Below are positions 37,773 to 47,866 of a stretch of DNA of 64,000 bases, piece by piece (position 1 is the first letter of the stretch; each line of letters starts with the position of its first letter). The position numbers were made by a program, and so were the translations under genes. The notes under the pieces are model-generated. The model was not told the DNA's origin, made no database searches, and saw only the letters and a list, made by a program, of their open reading frames with translations. Source of the DNA: Bacteriovoracaceae bacterium (GTDB lineage: Bacteria > Bdellovibrionota > Bacteriovoracia > Bacteriovoracales > Bacteriovoracaceae); NCBI GenBank assembly GCA_018649885.1, contig JABIHA010000075.1:1-64000 (forward strand), given 5' to 3'.

Positions 37773-39062
37773 ATGAGTAACAAGCTTGCCCTCTTGGGGG
37801 GGAAACCCATAATAGATAAAAATTTTGATGACTATAATACGATAGGTGAAGAGGAAAAAAAGGCAGTCATGGAAGTTCTAGATGCTGGAAAACTTTCCGA
37901 TTTTCTCGGGTCAGCAAGTGATGGCTTTAACGGAGGTAAATGGGTTCGGGCCATTGAGAAATCATGGTGTGAATACTTCGACGTAAAGCATGCAGTTTCA
38001 ATGAACTCAGCCACATCTGCTCTATTTGCAGCAGTGTCCGCAGCAGGGATCGGCCCTGGCGATGAAGTGATTGTCCCTCCATTAACAATGTGTGCAACTG
38101 CTACTGCAATACTAGCTAACAATGCTATTCCAATATTTGCAGATGTTGACTACAAAACGATGAATATTGACCCAGAAAGTGTAGAAAAAAATATCACTCC
38201 TAGAACAAAGGCCATTTTTGTAGTCCATTTAGCAGGGCATCCAGCAGACATGGACCCAATCATGGAGCTGGCAAAAAAACACAACCTAATAGTTTTAGGT
38301 GACAATGCTCAGTCTCCAGGAGCTTTTTACAAAGACAAAAATGTTGGATGTATTGAAGATATTGGCGTGTTTAGCCTCAATTGCCATAAAACAATCCAAT
38401 GTGGTGAAGGAGGTATTGCGGTAACAAATGATGATGAACTTGCATTTAGACTTAGGCTTGTTAGAAACCACGGAGAAAACTGTGTAAAAGGATTTGGAAG
38501 AGCTGAACTTAACATTCTTGGATTCAACCTCAGAATGACGGAGATGGAAGCAGCAGTAGGGTACCATCAGTTACAAAAACTTGGCCATCAAAACAAGTGT
38601 CGACAAGAGCTAGCTGGATATTTAACTCAAAAATTAATAGAAAATTTTGACTTTATCGAGCCACCTCATGTGCAAGAAAACTGTACTCATGTTTACTACC
38701 TCTATCATATGTATTTTAACGAGGAAAAGGCAGGTATTCCTATAGAAGTATTTTCTAAAGCGATGGACGCTGAAGGGGTTCCTCTTTTTACAAGGTGGGG
38801 CTTCCCCATATACAGACTTCCTATATTTCAAAATTTATCAGCAGCGGGTAATTCTGGATGGCCTTTTAAATCTCCATTTTACAATCAGGATATAAGTTAT
38901 CCTGATGGCCTGTGCCCAATGGCAGAAAAATCGGAAACAGACTCTATTTTTATTGAAACAATGGTCAGATGGCCCCAAACTACCAGTGATATGGATTTGA
39001 TAATTACGGCCATAAATAAAATACTGGAAAACAAACAAGAACTTCTAAGTGCGGAATTGTAG
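37773..39062 (+). CDS. DegT/DnrJ sugar aminotransferase
   Basis: NSATSAL, VHLAG, DNAQ, FSLNCHKTIQCGEGG. Confidence 0.9.
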   Translation: MSNKLALLGGKPIIDKNFDDYNTIGEEEKKAVMEVLDAGKLSDFLGSASDGFNGGKWVRAIEKSWCEYFDVKHAVSMNSATSALFAAVSAAGIGPGDEVIVPPLTMCATATAILANNAIPIFADVDYKTMNIDPESVEKNITPRTKAIFVVHLAGHPADMDPIMELAKKHNLIVLGDNAQSPGAFYKDKNVGCIEDIGVFSLNCHKTIQCGEGGIAVTNDDELAFRLRLVRNHGENCVKGFGRAELNILGFNLRMTEMEAAVGYHQLQKLGHQNKCRQELAGYLTQKLIENFDFIEPPHVQENCTHVYYLYHMYFNEEKAGIPIEVFSKAMDAEGVPLFTRWGFPIYRLPIFQNLSAAGNSGWPFKSPFYNQDISYPDGLCPMAEKSETDSIFIETMVRWPQTTSDMDLIITAINKILENKQELLSAEL

Positions 39063-40145
39063 ATGAAAATTCTATTGGGATCATATGCTCCCGGAGGAGC
39101 TGAGTGTCTCATTCATATAGCGCAAAAACTTCTAAGCCTTGACCATCAGATCAGTACGTTAACTACAAATATGTCAGCTCAAATATTTTTGAACCATGGA
39201 ATTACACCTGACTATGAATTTAACTGTATCGGAGTCCCGCTTTACAAAGAAGTAGAGGATATTCTAAAAAAGATAGCTCCAGATGTAGTGGTTAGCGGTA
39301 TTGTGGGACCCAAAGACCAGCTTGACTATGCTCTTATAGAAGGCGCAAAAGAACTAAAAATTCCGATTCTTTCAATCCTTGATTCTTGGATGAATTACGC
39401 TGATCGATTTAATAATCCAGTTACCCTAGAGAAAAATTTCTATCAACCAAATTTAGTTGCGGTGATGGATCAATTCACACTAGATGAAATGACTAAAGAG
39501 GGATGCAACCCAAATATTTGCTTCATATCGGGACATCCAAAATTTGATTGGATTAAAAAATCAAAAGAAATTGATAATAAAGGTATGAAGGAAAAACTAG
39601 GCCTTAATTCTCAAAAAAAATGTATTACTTTCTTCTCTCATCCAGTTGATAGCTATTATCCAAATAGAAGTTTAGGCTATAACGAATTTGATGTTTTCCC
39701 TATCTTATTTGAAACTCTATTTAATGACTTAGATAAAGATTCATTTGAATTCGTTTTCAAAGAACATCCTATAGACTCTACCCTTCCTAAGGATTATATT
39801 AAAAATTACCAATTTCATTATATTGAAAGATGTAATATAGATGATCTAATGCTTGCAACAGATATCGCCATTTCAATGAGTAGTACGATGCTAATTTTTA
39901 GCGCACTTTGCACAAGTAAAGTTATTTCCATCCAGCCAAATTTAAATATTGAACATGACAACTGTGTACTCACTAGAGCAGAAATTCTCCCAAATACTCA
40001 AAATAAAATAGATTTTTTAGGTGAACTTAAAAGCGGATTATTGGAAACAGGTAGCAGCGCCAAGTATGAGAAATTTTTTAATGCAGATGGCAAATCGTGT
40101 GATAGAATCATAGAGAAAATATATAGTTTGGGAGATTTTGAATGA
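39063..40145 (+). CDS. Hypothetical GT-B-fold protein (glycerophosphotransferase / 2-epimerase-like)
   Basis: PGGA, LDSWMNY, SGHPKFD, FKEHP, SMSSTML. Confidence 0.5.
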   Translation: MKILLGSYAPGGAECLIHIAQKLLSLDHQISTLTTNMSAQIFLNHGITPDYEFNCIGVPLYKEVEDILKKIAPDVVVSGIVGPKDQLDYALIEGAKELKIPILSILDSWMNYADRFNNPVTLEKNFYQPNLVAVMDQFTLDEMTKEGCNPNICFISGHPKFDWIKKSKEIDNKGMKEKLGLNSQKKCITFFSHPVDSYYPNRSLGYNEFDVFPILFETLFNDLDKDSFEFVFKEHPIDSTLPKDYIKNYQFHYIERCNIDDLMLATDIAISMSSTMLIFSALCTSKVISIQPNLNIEHDNCVLTRAEILPNTQNKIDFLGELKSGLLETGSSAKYEKFFNADGKSCDRIIEKIYSLGDFE

Positions 40146-40687
40146 AAAATCCTTTTTTGGTTGGTGAAAAATGCTATTTAAGAGGCCTTTCAGTTGATGA
40201 CCTTGGGACAGAATATTTTCAGTGGCTCAATGATCAAAATACTACTAAATATATGCACAACGGAATGTTTCCTAATAGTGACAAGAAAATGAAAGCATTT
40301 TTTGATCGAGTAACTGACAGTAATACAGACCTAGTTCTTGCCATTATTTCAAAAATCGATGATGTGCATATTGGCAATCTTGGACTCCACAATATTAACT
40401 GGATCTATAGAAAAGCAGAGCTTGGAATTTTAGTTGGAAACAACTCTTATGCTGGAAAAGGATTGGCTTCTGAAGCCATGAGACTACTTTTGGGTCATTC
40501 ATTTAATCGCCTTGGTCTAAATAAAGTATTTGTTAGAACTGAAGAAGAAAATACAGCTGCCTATAAAGCATTTGAAAAAGTCGGGTTTAAAGAAGAAGGC
40601 AGGCTCAGGCAAGAATGCATGAGAGATGGCAAGTTTTTTGACACAGTTTACATGGGTGCATTAAAAGCCGAATTTAACTCTAAGTAA
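40142..40687 (+). CDS. RimJ/RimL-type GNAT N-acyltransferase (PseH-like candidate)
   Basis: WLND, HIGN, AELGILVG, GKGLASEA, FEKVGFKEEGRLR. Confidence 0.85.
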   Translation: MKNPFLVGEKCYLRGLSVDDLGTEYFQWLNDQNTTKYMHNGMFPNSDKKMKAFFDRVTDSNTDLVLAIISKIDDVHIGNLGLHNINWIYRKAELGILVGNNSYAGKGLASEAMRLLLGHSFNRLGLNKVFVRTEEENTAAYKAFEKVGFKEEGRLRQECMRDGKFFDTVYMGALKAEFNSK

Positions 40688-40693
40688 ATCACT

Positions 40694-41770
40694 ATGATTG
40701 TAACTATACTTTATCATCCAGGCTCGATTACAGAATATCTCACCATTATAAATGATATAAAAAAGGATGAGAAAAGTATTCTTGTTCTTTGCGAACACGA
40801 TTACACCACTGATGAAATTAAAAATCATCTACTTTCCTTGTTTGATGATATTGTTGTCCTCTCCAATATCAACTACGATTACCGAATTCCCCTTGGTATT
40901 ATCCGTATTCGCCAACATCAAGCTAAGCTAAAAAAACTTTTTGATACTTACCCTGTTAAGAAAATAAAAATTATCACTGATATATCTGCCTACCTTCCAG
41001 TAAACACCGCCCTCTCATATTTTATGAAAAACTTTGAGGTCCAAGAGATTTTCAGTGTAAAGGCTAATTTGAAACATGAATACAAGCCTGACTTCAAGAA
41101 AACATTTTTTGCTTCAATTTACTCTAAGCTATGTGGCCTTCTCAAGGCTCAATACTTTGAAAAATTAGGTTATATCTACACCAATGAGATAGATTGCAAA
41201 GTTGTAAAGATACTTCCATTCTTCTCCCTGCCTATTGCAAAAAGTGATAAAAAGATCTTCTTTAAGAAAAAAAATCTTTATCAACTAGGTGATATGGAAA
41301 AAAAAGACACCATACTAATTTTTAGTGATAAAGATCTATCGCCCTACGACCCCCCTGAAGATAAAATTTACCACAAGAAACTTGGTGAGTTTTATCGGGA
41401 AATTCAAAAAAAATATCCAAATGCCTCAATCCTTTGCAAACCACATCCAGCTGACGGAATGGAAGGGATGGAGGGAATGCAGTGTTTGAAGTATGATTTT
41501 TATCAAAAGGAAATAACTTCACAACTTGCGATTGATGAGCTCCACTCGCGGCTAATTGCATGCTATTCACCAGCATCAACCTCATTAATTTACTCATCTT
41601 CAGTTGGGATCCCCTCTTATACATTTTATAAATTTTTAAATTTAAAGGCCTCTATACTAGCTGAGTACTTTGAAAATGATTTACAAAAAGAAAATCCCTG
41701 TTTAATAAATATTGAAAGACTTGAGCAAATTGGATCTATTGACACTAATCAAATGAAGGAACAGCCGTGA
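40694..41770 (+). CDS. Putative sialyl/ulosonyltransferase-like glycosyltransferase
   Basis: CKPHP and SPASTSL motifs resemble the HP and S(S/T) motifs of bacterial sialyltransferases. Confidence 0.5.
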   Translation: MIVTILYHPGSITEYLTIINDIKKDEKSILVLCEHDYTTDEIKNHLLSLFDDIVVLSNINYDYRIPLGIIRIRQHQAKLKKLFDTYPVKKIKIITDISAYLPVNTALSYFMKNFEVQEIFSVKANLKHEYKPDFKKTFFASIYSKLCGLLKAQYFEKLGYIYTNEIDCKVVKILPFFSLPIAKSDKKIFFKKKNLYQLGDMEKKDTILIFSDKDLSPYDPPEDKIYHKKLGEFYREIQKKYPNASILCKPHPADGMEGMEGMQCLKYDFYQKEITSQLAIDELHSRLIACYSPASTSLIYSSSVGIPSYTFYKFLNLKASILAEYFENDLQKENPCLINIERLEQIGSIDTNQMKEQP

Positions 41771-42516
41771 GCATTAAAACAGTAGTAATTGTTCAGGCCC
41801 GAATGGGTTCAACCAGGCTTCCTGGAAAAGTTCTAAACCCGCTTGAAGGAATCCCACTGCTTGAGCATGTTTGCCGTAGAATTCAGAGCAGCAAACTTTC
41901 TGACTTGCTTGTTATCGCCACCTCAATAGATCCAAACAACGACCCCATTGATAAGCTTTGTGACAGTCTGGGCATTGAATGTTTCAGAGGTAGCGAAGAA
42001 GACGTCCTGGGACGCTTCTACTGCGCAGCCGTTAATCACAAACCTGAGTATGTAGTGAGAATTACGGCTGACTGTCCATTAGTTGACCCAGAAATTATAG
42101 ACCATGCAATTAATCTGATTTCAAATGGTGGATATGACTATGTCAGCAACACTGAGCCTCCAACTTACCCAGATGGTTATGATGTTGAAGTTTTTAAATT
42201 TGAGGCGCTTAAAAAAGCACACCATGGTGCTGAACATAAATATCAAAGAGAACACGTCACTAGCTATATTACTGAAAACCAGGCCCTTTTTAAATGTCAC
42301 AGCTTTGCTGCTCCTGAAGACCTCTCCCATATGAGACTAACAGTAGATACTAGCGAAGACTTCGAGGTCATAAAATTAATTTACAGCTCGCTCTATTCAA
42401 AAAACCACTTATTTAGCTATGAAGAAGTAGTCCAATTTTTGAAAAAAAACCCACAAATCCTCGAACTTAACTCCCATTTTGAAAGAAATGAGGGCTATGA
42501 CACCACTGATACCTAG
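41767..42516 (+). CDS. spsF: SpsF-type cytidylyltransferase
   Basis: IVQARMGSTRLPGKVL, FRGSEEDVLGRF, RITADCPLVDP, REHVT, RLTVDT. Confidence 0.85.
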   Translation: MSIKTVVIVQARMGSTRLPGKVLNPLEGIPLLEHVCRRIQSSKLSDLLVIATSIDPNNDPIDKLCDSLGIECFRGSEEDVLGRFYCAAVNHKPEYVVRITADCPLVDPEIIDHAINLISNGGYDYVSNTEPPTYPDGYDVEVFKFEALKKAHHGAEHKYQREHVTSYITENQALFKCHSFAAPEDLSHMRLTVDTSEDFEVIKLIYSSLYSKNHLFSYEEVVQFLKKNPQILELNSHFERNEGYDTTDT

Positions 42517-42577
42517 ATTTGCTGGAGCTAAGCACCATTTATCATCCTCAAGATAGTATTTTCTATAGTTTATAAAC

Positions 42578-44050
42578 TTGGTACTATATCCCTATATGGA
42601 AAATATAGTAGCACTATGTAGAATAATATTTGGGGTGATCTTTTTTATAAAGTTTTACCACTCATTTGATGCTGAAGATATTGTTTGGGCGCTCGGTAAA
42701 CCCTTTGGACTGGATGACTTTGGGTGGAAGGCCTTAAAGTTTTTAACCTATCTATCTCTGTTTGGATTTACATTGGGAATCCTCACAACAGCCTCCACTT
42801 TACTTTTATTTGTTACCTTTTTAGTGCTTAATAGAAAAGCTGCCCTATATGGTCTTGAGGATGTTTTTTTCCAAACCTTCATTTTTTATTTTCTCTGGAC
42901 ATCAAAATCTTATACCTGGTCCATTGATTCACTTCTAGGTAATACACCTCCAATTTGGAAGATCAATCTCGGACAATTTCCCGAAATTATTCTATCGACA
43001 AATATTGCCATTATTTTTCTAGGGGCAGGTATATGTAAATTAAGAAGCCCTATGTGGATAAAAGGCCTTGGAGCATACTTCTTCTTTTTAATGCCCAATT
43101 TCAGAGTAAGAAGCACCAAACTCATAGTAAATAACAAACCCATAATTTATGCCATCAATTATTCAGCAGTATTCTTTCAGCTGGCTTGCTTGTTTGCATG
43201 GCTCCTACCATGGCAATATTTCTCAATGCTTTGCTGGTTTTTTATTTTTTCCTTTTCAATTTCACTCTATCTTATTTTTGATTTAACTTGGATTGGTCAA
43301 GCTGTTACTACAATGGCATTAATTCCATTCGTTCTATTATTTGGAGATGGCTACCAAAGTTTATATAGTTTATGGATTACCCAAAACCACTCATATCCCT
43401 TGGTAAGCCTATTTTTAATACTATCTTTATTAGGCAGTGTATGGACAGCCATAGCGAACCCCATATTTTTTACAAATGCCCCCGTCTGGCTTGATAAAAT
43501 ACATTTATTTTTTAGATATATAGGAAGGGTAACTTGGGGAATGGTTCCAATTGATGTATTTACTGAAATCCACATTGAAGGCCCCATTGTCTACAGAGTT
43601 TTCAAAAAATATACAAATGGGAGTGAAAAAGAAATTTTCAAAATTTTTTCAAAAGATGCTACCCCGGGCCCAGAAAGAAAATTCAAGCCATCATTTTTTG
43701 AGGTAACTTCCTACAAGGTTGCTGAAGCTATTATGGAATTTGAAGCCTATGGTGAAATTAAAGATCCCCATAGAAAAGTATTTATTCAAAAACTATCAGA
43801 ATATATTGTGAAAAAATATCAAAAATTAGGAGAAGATAACTTTGTACTCGTTTATAAAGTCCTACAAGTGATCCCTCCTGGAAATGAGTTTATTGGTTAT
43901 AGTGAATGGTATCTTGAAGAGCCCTGGCTAGATGCTTTCGAAGTTGATAAAAATGGCCACATTACTCAATTAGAGAAGAAAGTATTAAAAGGTCCAACAG
44001 GAAGAGATTTGGGAAGACACTCATTTGAGTACAATCCCTATGTCAGTTAA
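42578..44050 (+). CDS. HTTM-like multi-pass membrane protein
   Basis: Hydrophobic N-terminal two-thirds, WSIDS, GAGICKLRSPMWIKG; start may be the ATG at 42596. Confidence 0.55.
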   Translation: MVLYPYMENIVALCRIIFGVIFFIKFYHSFDAEDIVWALGKPFGLDDFGWKALKFLTYLSLFGFTLGILTTASTLLLFVTFLVLNRKAALYGLEDVFFQTFIFYFLWTSKSYTWSIDSLLGNTPPIWKINLGQFPEIILSTNIAIIFLGAGICKLRSPMWIKGLGAYFFFLMPNFRVRSTKLIVNNKPIIYAINYSAVFFQLACLFAWLLPWQYFSMLCWFFIFSFSISLYLIFDLTWIGQAVTTMALIPFVLLFGDGYQSLYSLWITQNHSYPLVSLFLILSLLGSVWTAIANPIFFTNAPVWLDKIHLFFRYIGRVTWGMVPIDVFTEIHIEGPIVYRVFKKYTNGSEKEIFKIFSKDATPGPERKFKPSFFEVTSYKVAEAIMEFEAYGEIKDPHRKVFIQKLSEYIVKKYQKLGEDNFVLVYKVLQVIPPGNEFIGYSEWYLEEPWLDAFEVDKNGHITQLEKKVLKGPTGRDLGRHSFEYNPYVS

Positions 44051-44059
44051 GGAAAAATT

Positions 44060-45355
44060 GTGGATATCGCTAACTCAAAAAAATTATGGGAAAAAGCACT
44101 TAAGGTAATCCCTGGAGGATCTCAGACTCTCTCAAAAGCACCAAATATGTTTACCTTTGGTGTATCTCCTATGTTCTTGCAAAAAGGAGAAGGGGCTTAT
44201 GTTTGGGATGTGGATGGGAATAAATTCATAGATTACCCATTAGCACTTGGCCCCATCACCCTTGGTCATAATCATCCAAGCACTGTTAAAGCTGTAACAG
44301 AACAATTAAAAAATGGAACCGTCTTCTCACTGATGCATCCTCTAGAGGCAGAGGTTGCTGAAATGTTAGTCGAATCCATACCGTGTGCAGAGATGGTAAA
44401 ATTTGGAAAAAATGGAGCCGATGCAACTTCAGCAGCTATTAGACTTTCCAGAAAAATTACTGGAAATGATATTATTTTGTCGTGTGGATATCATGGATAC
44501 CATGACTGGTACATTTCCTCCACTGAGTTAAGAGGGGGTGTTCCTGAGTTTAATCGTGAACTTATACACTCCTTTGATTACAATAATCCAAGCTCTCTTG
44601 AAGAACTATTCTCAAAATTTCATGGAAAAGTTGCCGCCGTTATTCTTGAACCTGTGAGCACAGTTTCTCCAGATAAAGATTTCTTACACAGAGTTAAGGA
44701 AATTACGCACAAAAATGGGGCGATTCTCGTATTTGATGAAATCGTAACAGGTTTTCGACTCGCCATGGGTGGAGCAAGTGAATACTACGGAGTCACTCCA
44801 GATTTAAGCTGTATTGGTAAAGGGATGGCCAATGGAATGCCTATTTCTGCACTAGTTGGGAAAAAGGAATTAATGCAGGAAATGGAAGGAATATTTTTCA
44901 GCACTACCTATGGGGGTGAAACACTTTCACTTGCTGCAACTAAAGCAACTATTTGTGAGATGAGAGAGAAGAGTGTTCAAAAACATCTTTGGGAAATGGG
45001 AGAAAAACTACAATCCTACACAGCTCAATGTATCAAAAAATATGGACTAGAAAAGCATATTACCCTCACAGATATTTATCCAAAATTTTGGATGAATTTT
45101 ATAGACCAAAATGGTGATGAAGATAATGATGTTAAGGGGCTCTTTTTCCAAGAAACTGCTCTTCGCGGTGTGCTGGTTGGAGGACTGCAATACATCTCCT
45201 ACAGCCATAGCGAACAAGTAATTGAAGAAACAAAAAAGGCATTTGATGAAAGTCTTGAAATCGTAGGCACGGCAGTCAAATCGGGTGATCTCAAAAGTTA
45301 CCTAAAAGGCACTCCTCCTGGGAATGTATTTAAAAGATCAAGCCCAAATGATTAG
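44060..45355 (+). CDS. Class III aminotransferase (glutamate-1-semialdehyde aminomutase-like)
   Basis: IPGGSQTLSK, WDVDGNKFID, GYHGYHDW, FDEIVTGFR, GKGMANG. Confidence 0.9.
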   Translation: MDIANSKKLWEKALKVIPGGSQTLSKAPNMFTFGVSPMFLQKGEGAYVWDVDGNKFIDYPLALGPITLGHNHPSTVKAVTEQLKNGTVFSLMHPLEAEVAEMLVESIPCAEMVKFGKNGADATSAAIRLSRKITGNDIILSCGYHGYHDWYISSTELRGGVPEFNRELIHSFDYNNPSSLEELFSKFHGKVAAVILEPVSTVSPDKDFLHRVKEITHKNGAILVFDEIVTGFRLAMGGASEYYGVTPDLSCIGKGMANGMPISALVGKKELMQEMEGIFFSTTYGGETLSLAATKATICEMREKSVQKHLWEMGEKLQSYTAQCIKKYGLEKHITLTDIYPKFWMNFIDQNGDEDNDVKGLFFQETALRGVLVGGLQYISYSHSEQVIEETKKAFDESLEIVGTAVKSGDLKSYLKGTPPGNVFKRSSPND

Positions 45356-45366
45356 GGAGAACGTAT

Positions 45367-46074
45367 TTGAAAAAAAATGATAAAGTTGCCTTACTAGGTT
45401 CAGGTATTAATCAAGGTGGATTTTCTGAAATAGAGGAATTATTTAAAAATCGGTCTATCCCCTATGAAATTCTCTCTCACCACAATCAGATTAACAAATC
45501 ACACTCCTTGGCCATCTCACTTGGCTACCAAAGAATTATTCCAAAAAACCAACTTGATCAACTCCCCTTAGGTCTTGTAGTACTCCACTCAAGCGATCTT
45601 CCACAGGGAAGAGGTTGGGCGCCACATTTTTATACAATATACAACAAGCGCAAATCGCTCACTCTCACAATGCTGTATGCAGATGAAGGTGTCGATTCTG
45701 GGGATATAATTGCCAAAGCCAGGTATCCTATTGATGAATTATCGACAATAAATGAGCTCAGGAAAATTGATGATGCTCTAACATTATTTCTTTTAGAGAA
45801 GTTTCTGGGTAAAATCACAGCTTCTAAGATTAAAGGAAAATCACAAGATCTCCTGGAAATTGAACCCACGTATCATAAAAAGAGAGTTCCTGAAGACAGC
45901 AAAGTATTTGAGGATATGGACCCCGAAAAGCTTCGCCACTTTCTACGCTGCCTTCCACCTGAACATCCTGGATACACTGAAAAATCAGGCAAAAAGGTCT
46001 ATTTTCCTTCAAATAGTGAAAGAGATTTTAAAGTAATTACACAAAATATTACTCTGGAAGATTTAAGCTCTTGA
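45367..46074 (+). CDS. Formyltransferase (Fmt-like sugar N-formyltransferase)
   Basis: LHSSDLPQGRGWAP, ADEGVDSGDI. Confidence 0.82.
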   Translation: MKKNDKVALLGSGINQGGFSEIEELFKNRSIPYEILSHHNQINKSHSLAISLGYQRIIPKNQLDQLPLGLVVLHSSDLPQGRGWAPHFYTIYNKRKSLTLTMLYADEGVDSGDIIAKARYPIDELSTINELRKIDDALTLFLLEKFLGKITASKIKGKSQDLLEIEPTYHKKRVPEDSKVFEDMDPEKLRHFLRCLPPEHPGYTEKSGKKVYFPSNSERDFKVITQNITLEDLSS

Positions 46075-46174
46075 TCCAAGTGAGATTTCCCACCTCATCG
46101 CGTCGAAATTGTCAAAAAAGCAGGATTTTAGTACTATGTAGCTTGGTTTTATTAAAACAATCGAGTCGTAGAAA

Positions 46175-47866
46175 TTGAAAAAATTGCTATCATCTAAACT
46201 ATTAGAGTTAAAATATAAGATATTAAGTAACCCTTATTTACCTTTAAAAAAATATGATTCTGCCAGGCCTTATATTTGGAATAGTGGACTTAAAGATATT
46301 TTTGATGAATATCCAAATAGCCCTGACCGCGAAAAAACAGTAATCGTCTATGGTCTACGAAGTTACGTGCATCATAATCTATCTATGATGGAGAAAACTT
46401 TTTCTGATTGTTTTAGATTTCAAGGGGCAAATGTTTATAATTTATTATGCGATGGAGGGCTGCCCTCTTGTGATATGTACACATTTGATAGTATTGATAA
46501 TCAAAAAATTTCATGCAACTTTTGCACAAAATCGCTTCCTTTCTATGAAAAAAACTACCCCAATGATTACCTTCATTTTAGCCAATATCTCTCAAGTGCC
46601 GAAAAAAATGAACTTAAAGAAAAAATTGATAAATTAAGTGTTGATGAATTGCTTGAATTTCACTACCTAGGAGTAAAAGTTTCACGGCATTCTAAGTCCT
46701 CTGTTGCAAAATATTTTGCAGATGCATTTAGAGAAGAGGCTCCAGGGCACATCGATATCCTAAGACACTCTTCTTATATTAGCTGCCTGGGAGCACTCGT
46801 TGCCAAAAAGGTTTTTGATACAAAAAAGCCTACACATATCTTCACCCTACATGGTTGCTATGCTACCTGGGGTGGCTTTTGCGAATTTATGAAAAACAAC
46901 GGGGTTGAAGTCTATGTGTACCGAAAATTATTCAACCCAAGCATGGGCTATTTCGATTTTCCAAAATGGACAGCAGATCCTCAAGATATTCAAGGCGAGT
47001 TAGCTTGGGAAAAATACAAACACACACCACTTAATAGCAAACAAAAAAAGATGATCGATGATTTTTTTGAAAAGAAAAAATCTGGCAAGTCAGATGATTA
47101 CCTTATTTTCTTTCACAATAAGACACAAAATGATGAAAAATTTCAAAACCTTTTAGAAGACAAGGGCAAAAGAAAATTCGTACTCTACCTTCACTCTCTT
47201 TGGGATAGTGGGTTTGAAGAGGCAACTTCTCCTGCATTTAAGGACCACAACTCTTGGGTACTAGAAACAATTGCTTACTTTATTGATCATCCCGATATTT
47301 ACTTAATCATAAAACCACACCCTCAAGAATATTCAATCCTAGAAGAAAATAAAAAAGGCGCAATTGCCCTCATTACGGATAAGTTTGGAAAACTTCCAGA
47401 AAATGTAATTTTCATGGAAAAAGAATGGTCATTCACAAGTTATCAGCTCATGCATTTTGGGTGTATCAGCATTACATACTATGGAACCGTTGGACTCGAG
47501 TCAGCATTTTTTAAGTTCCCTGTGCTATTTGGTGGCTTTAGCCCTATAGTAAATGCTGGGTGTGCACCAAAAGTAGAAAAGAAAGAGGACTATTTTGCAC
47601 TTATAGAAAATCCTCAACCTCTCTATGATCATCATAAAACTCATTTTGAAATTATAGAAAGGTATGTCTTTTTTAGTTATTTCAGTCAGGCCATAAGAGT
47701 AGATATTTATAGATCAGATAAAATGTATCTGGACCAAGAGTGCATCGACTGGAATAAATTAAAAGACTACAACAAATTTATCAAAGAAAATCCAGATATG
47801 AACAGAATCGTAAAGCTTATGCTCGATGGAAAAGCTGTTATCAATGAGCCTGAATACTTTAACTAG
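46175..47866 (+). CDS. Capsule-biosynthesis-type GT-B protein (KpsS/KpsC-like C-terminus)
   Basis: LWD, IIKPHPQE, YGTVGLE. Confidence 0.55.
   Translation: MKKLLSSKLLELKYKILSNPYLPLKKYDSARPYIWNSGLKDIFDEYPNSPDREKTVIVYGLRSYVHHNLSMMEKTFSDCFRFQGANVYNLLCDGGLPSCDMYTFDSIDNQKISCNFCTKSLPFYEKNYPNDYLHFSQYLSSAEKNELKEKIDKLSVDELLEFHYLGVKVSRHSKSSVAKYFADAFREEAPGHIDILRHSSYISCLGALVAKKVFDTKKPTHIFTLHGCYATWGGFCEFMKNNGVEVYVYRKLFNPSMGYFDFPKWTADPQDIQGELAWEKYKHTPLNSKQKKMIDDFFEKKKSGKSDDYLIFFHNKTQNDEKFQNLLEDKGKRKFVLYLHSLWDSGFEEATSPAFKDHNSWVLETIAYFIDHPDIYLIIKPHPQEYSILEENKKGAIALITDKFGKLPENVIFMEKEWSFTSYQLMHFGCISITYYGTVGLESAFFKFPVLFGGFSPIVNAGCAPKVEKKEDYFALIENPQPLYDHHKTHFEIIERYVFFSYFSQAIRVDIYRSDKMYLDQECIDWNKLKDYNKFIKENPDMNRIVKLMLDGKAVINEPEYFN

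Noticed and set aside
44060..45355. hemL (tetrapyrrole synthesis)
   Set aside because: GGSQTLSK-type N-terminus and spsF context fit the glycan-associated class III subgroup; no other hem genes
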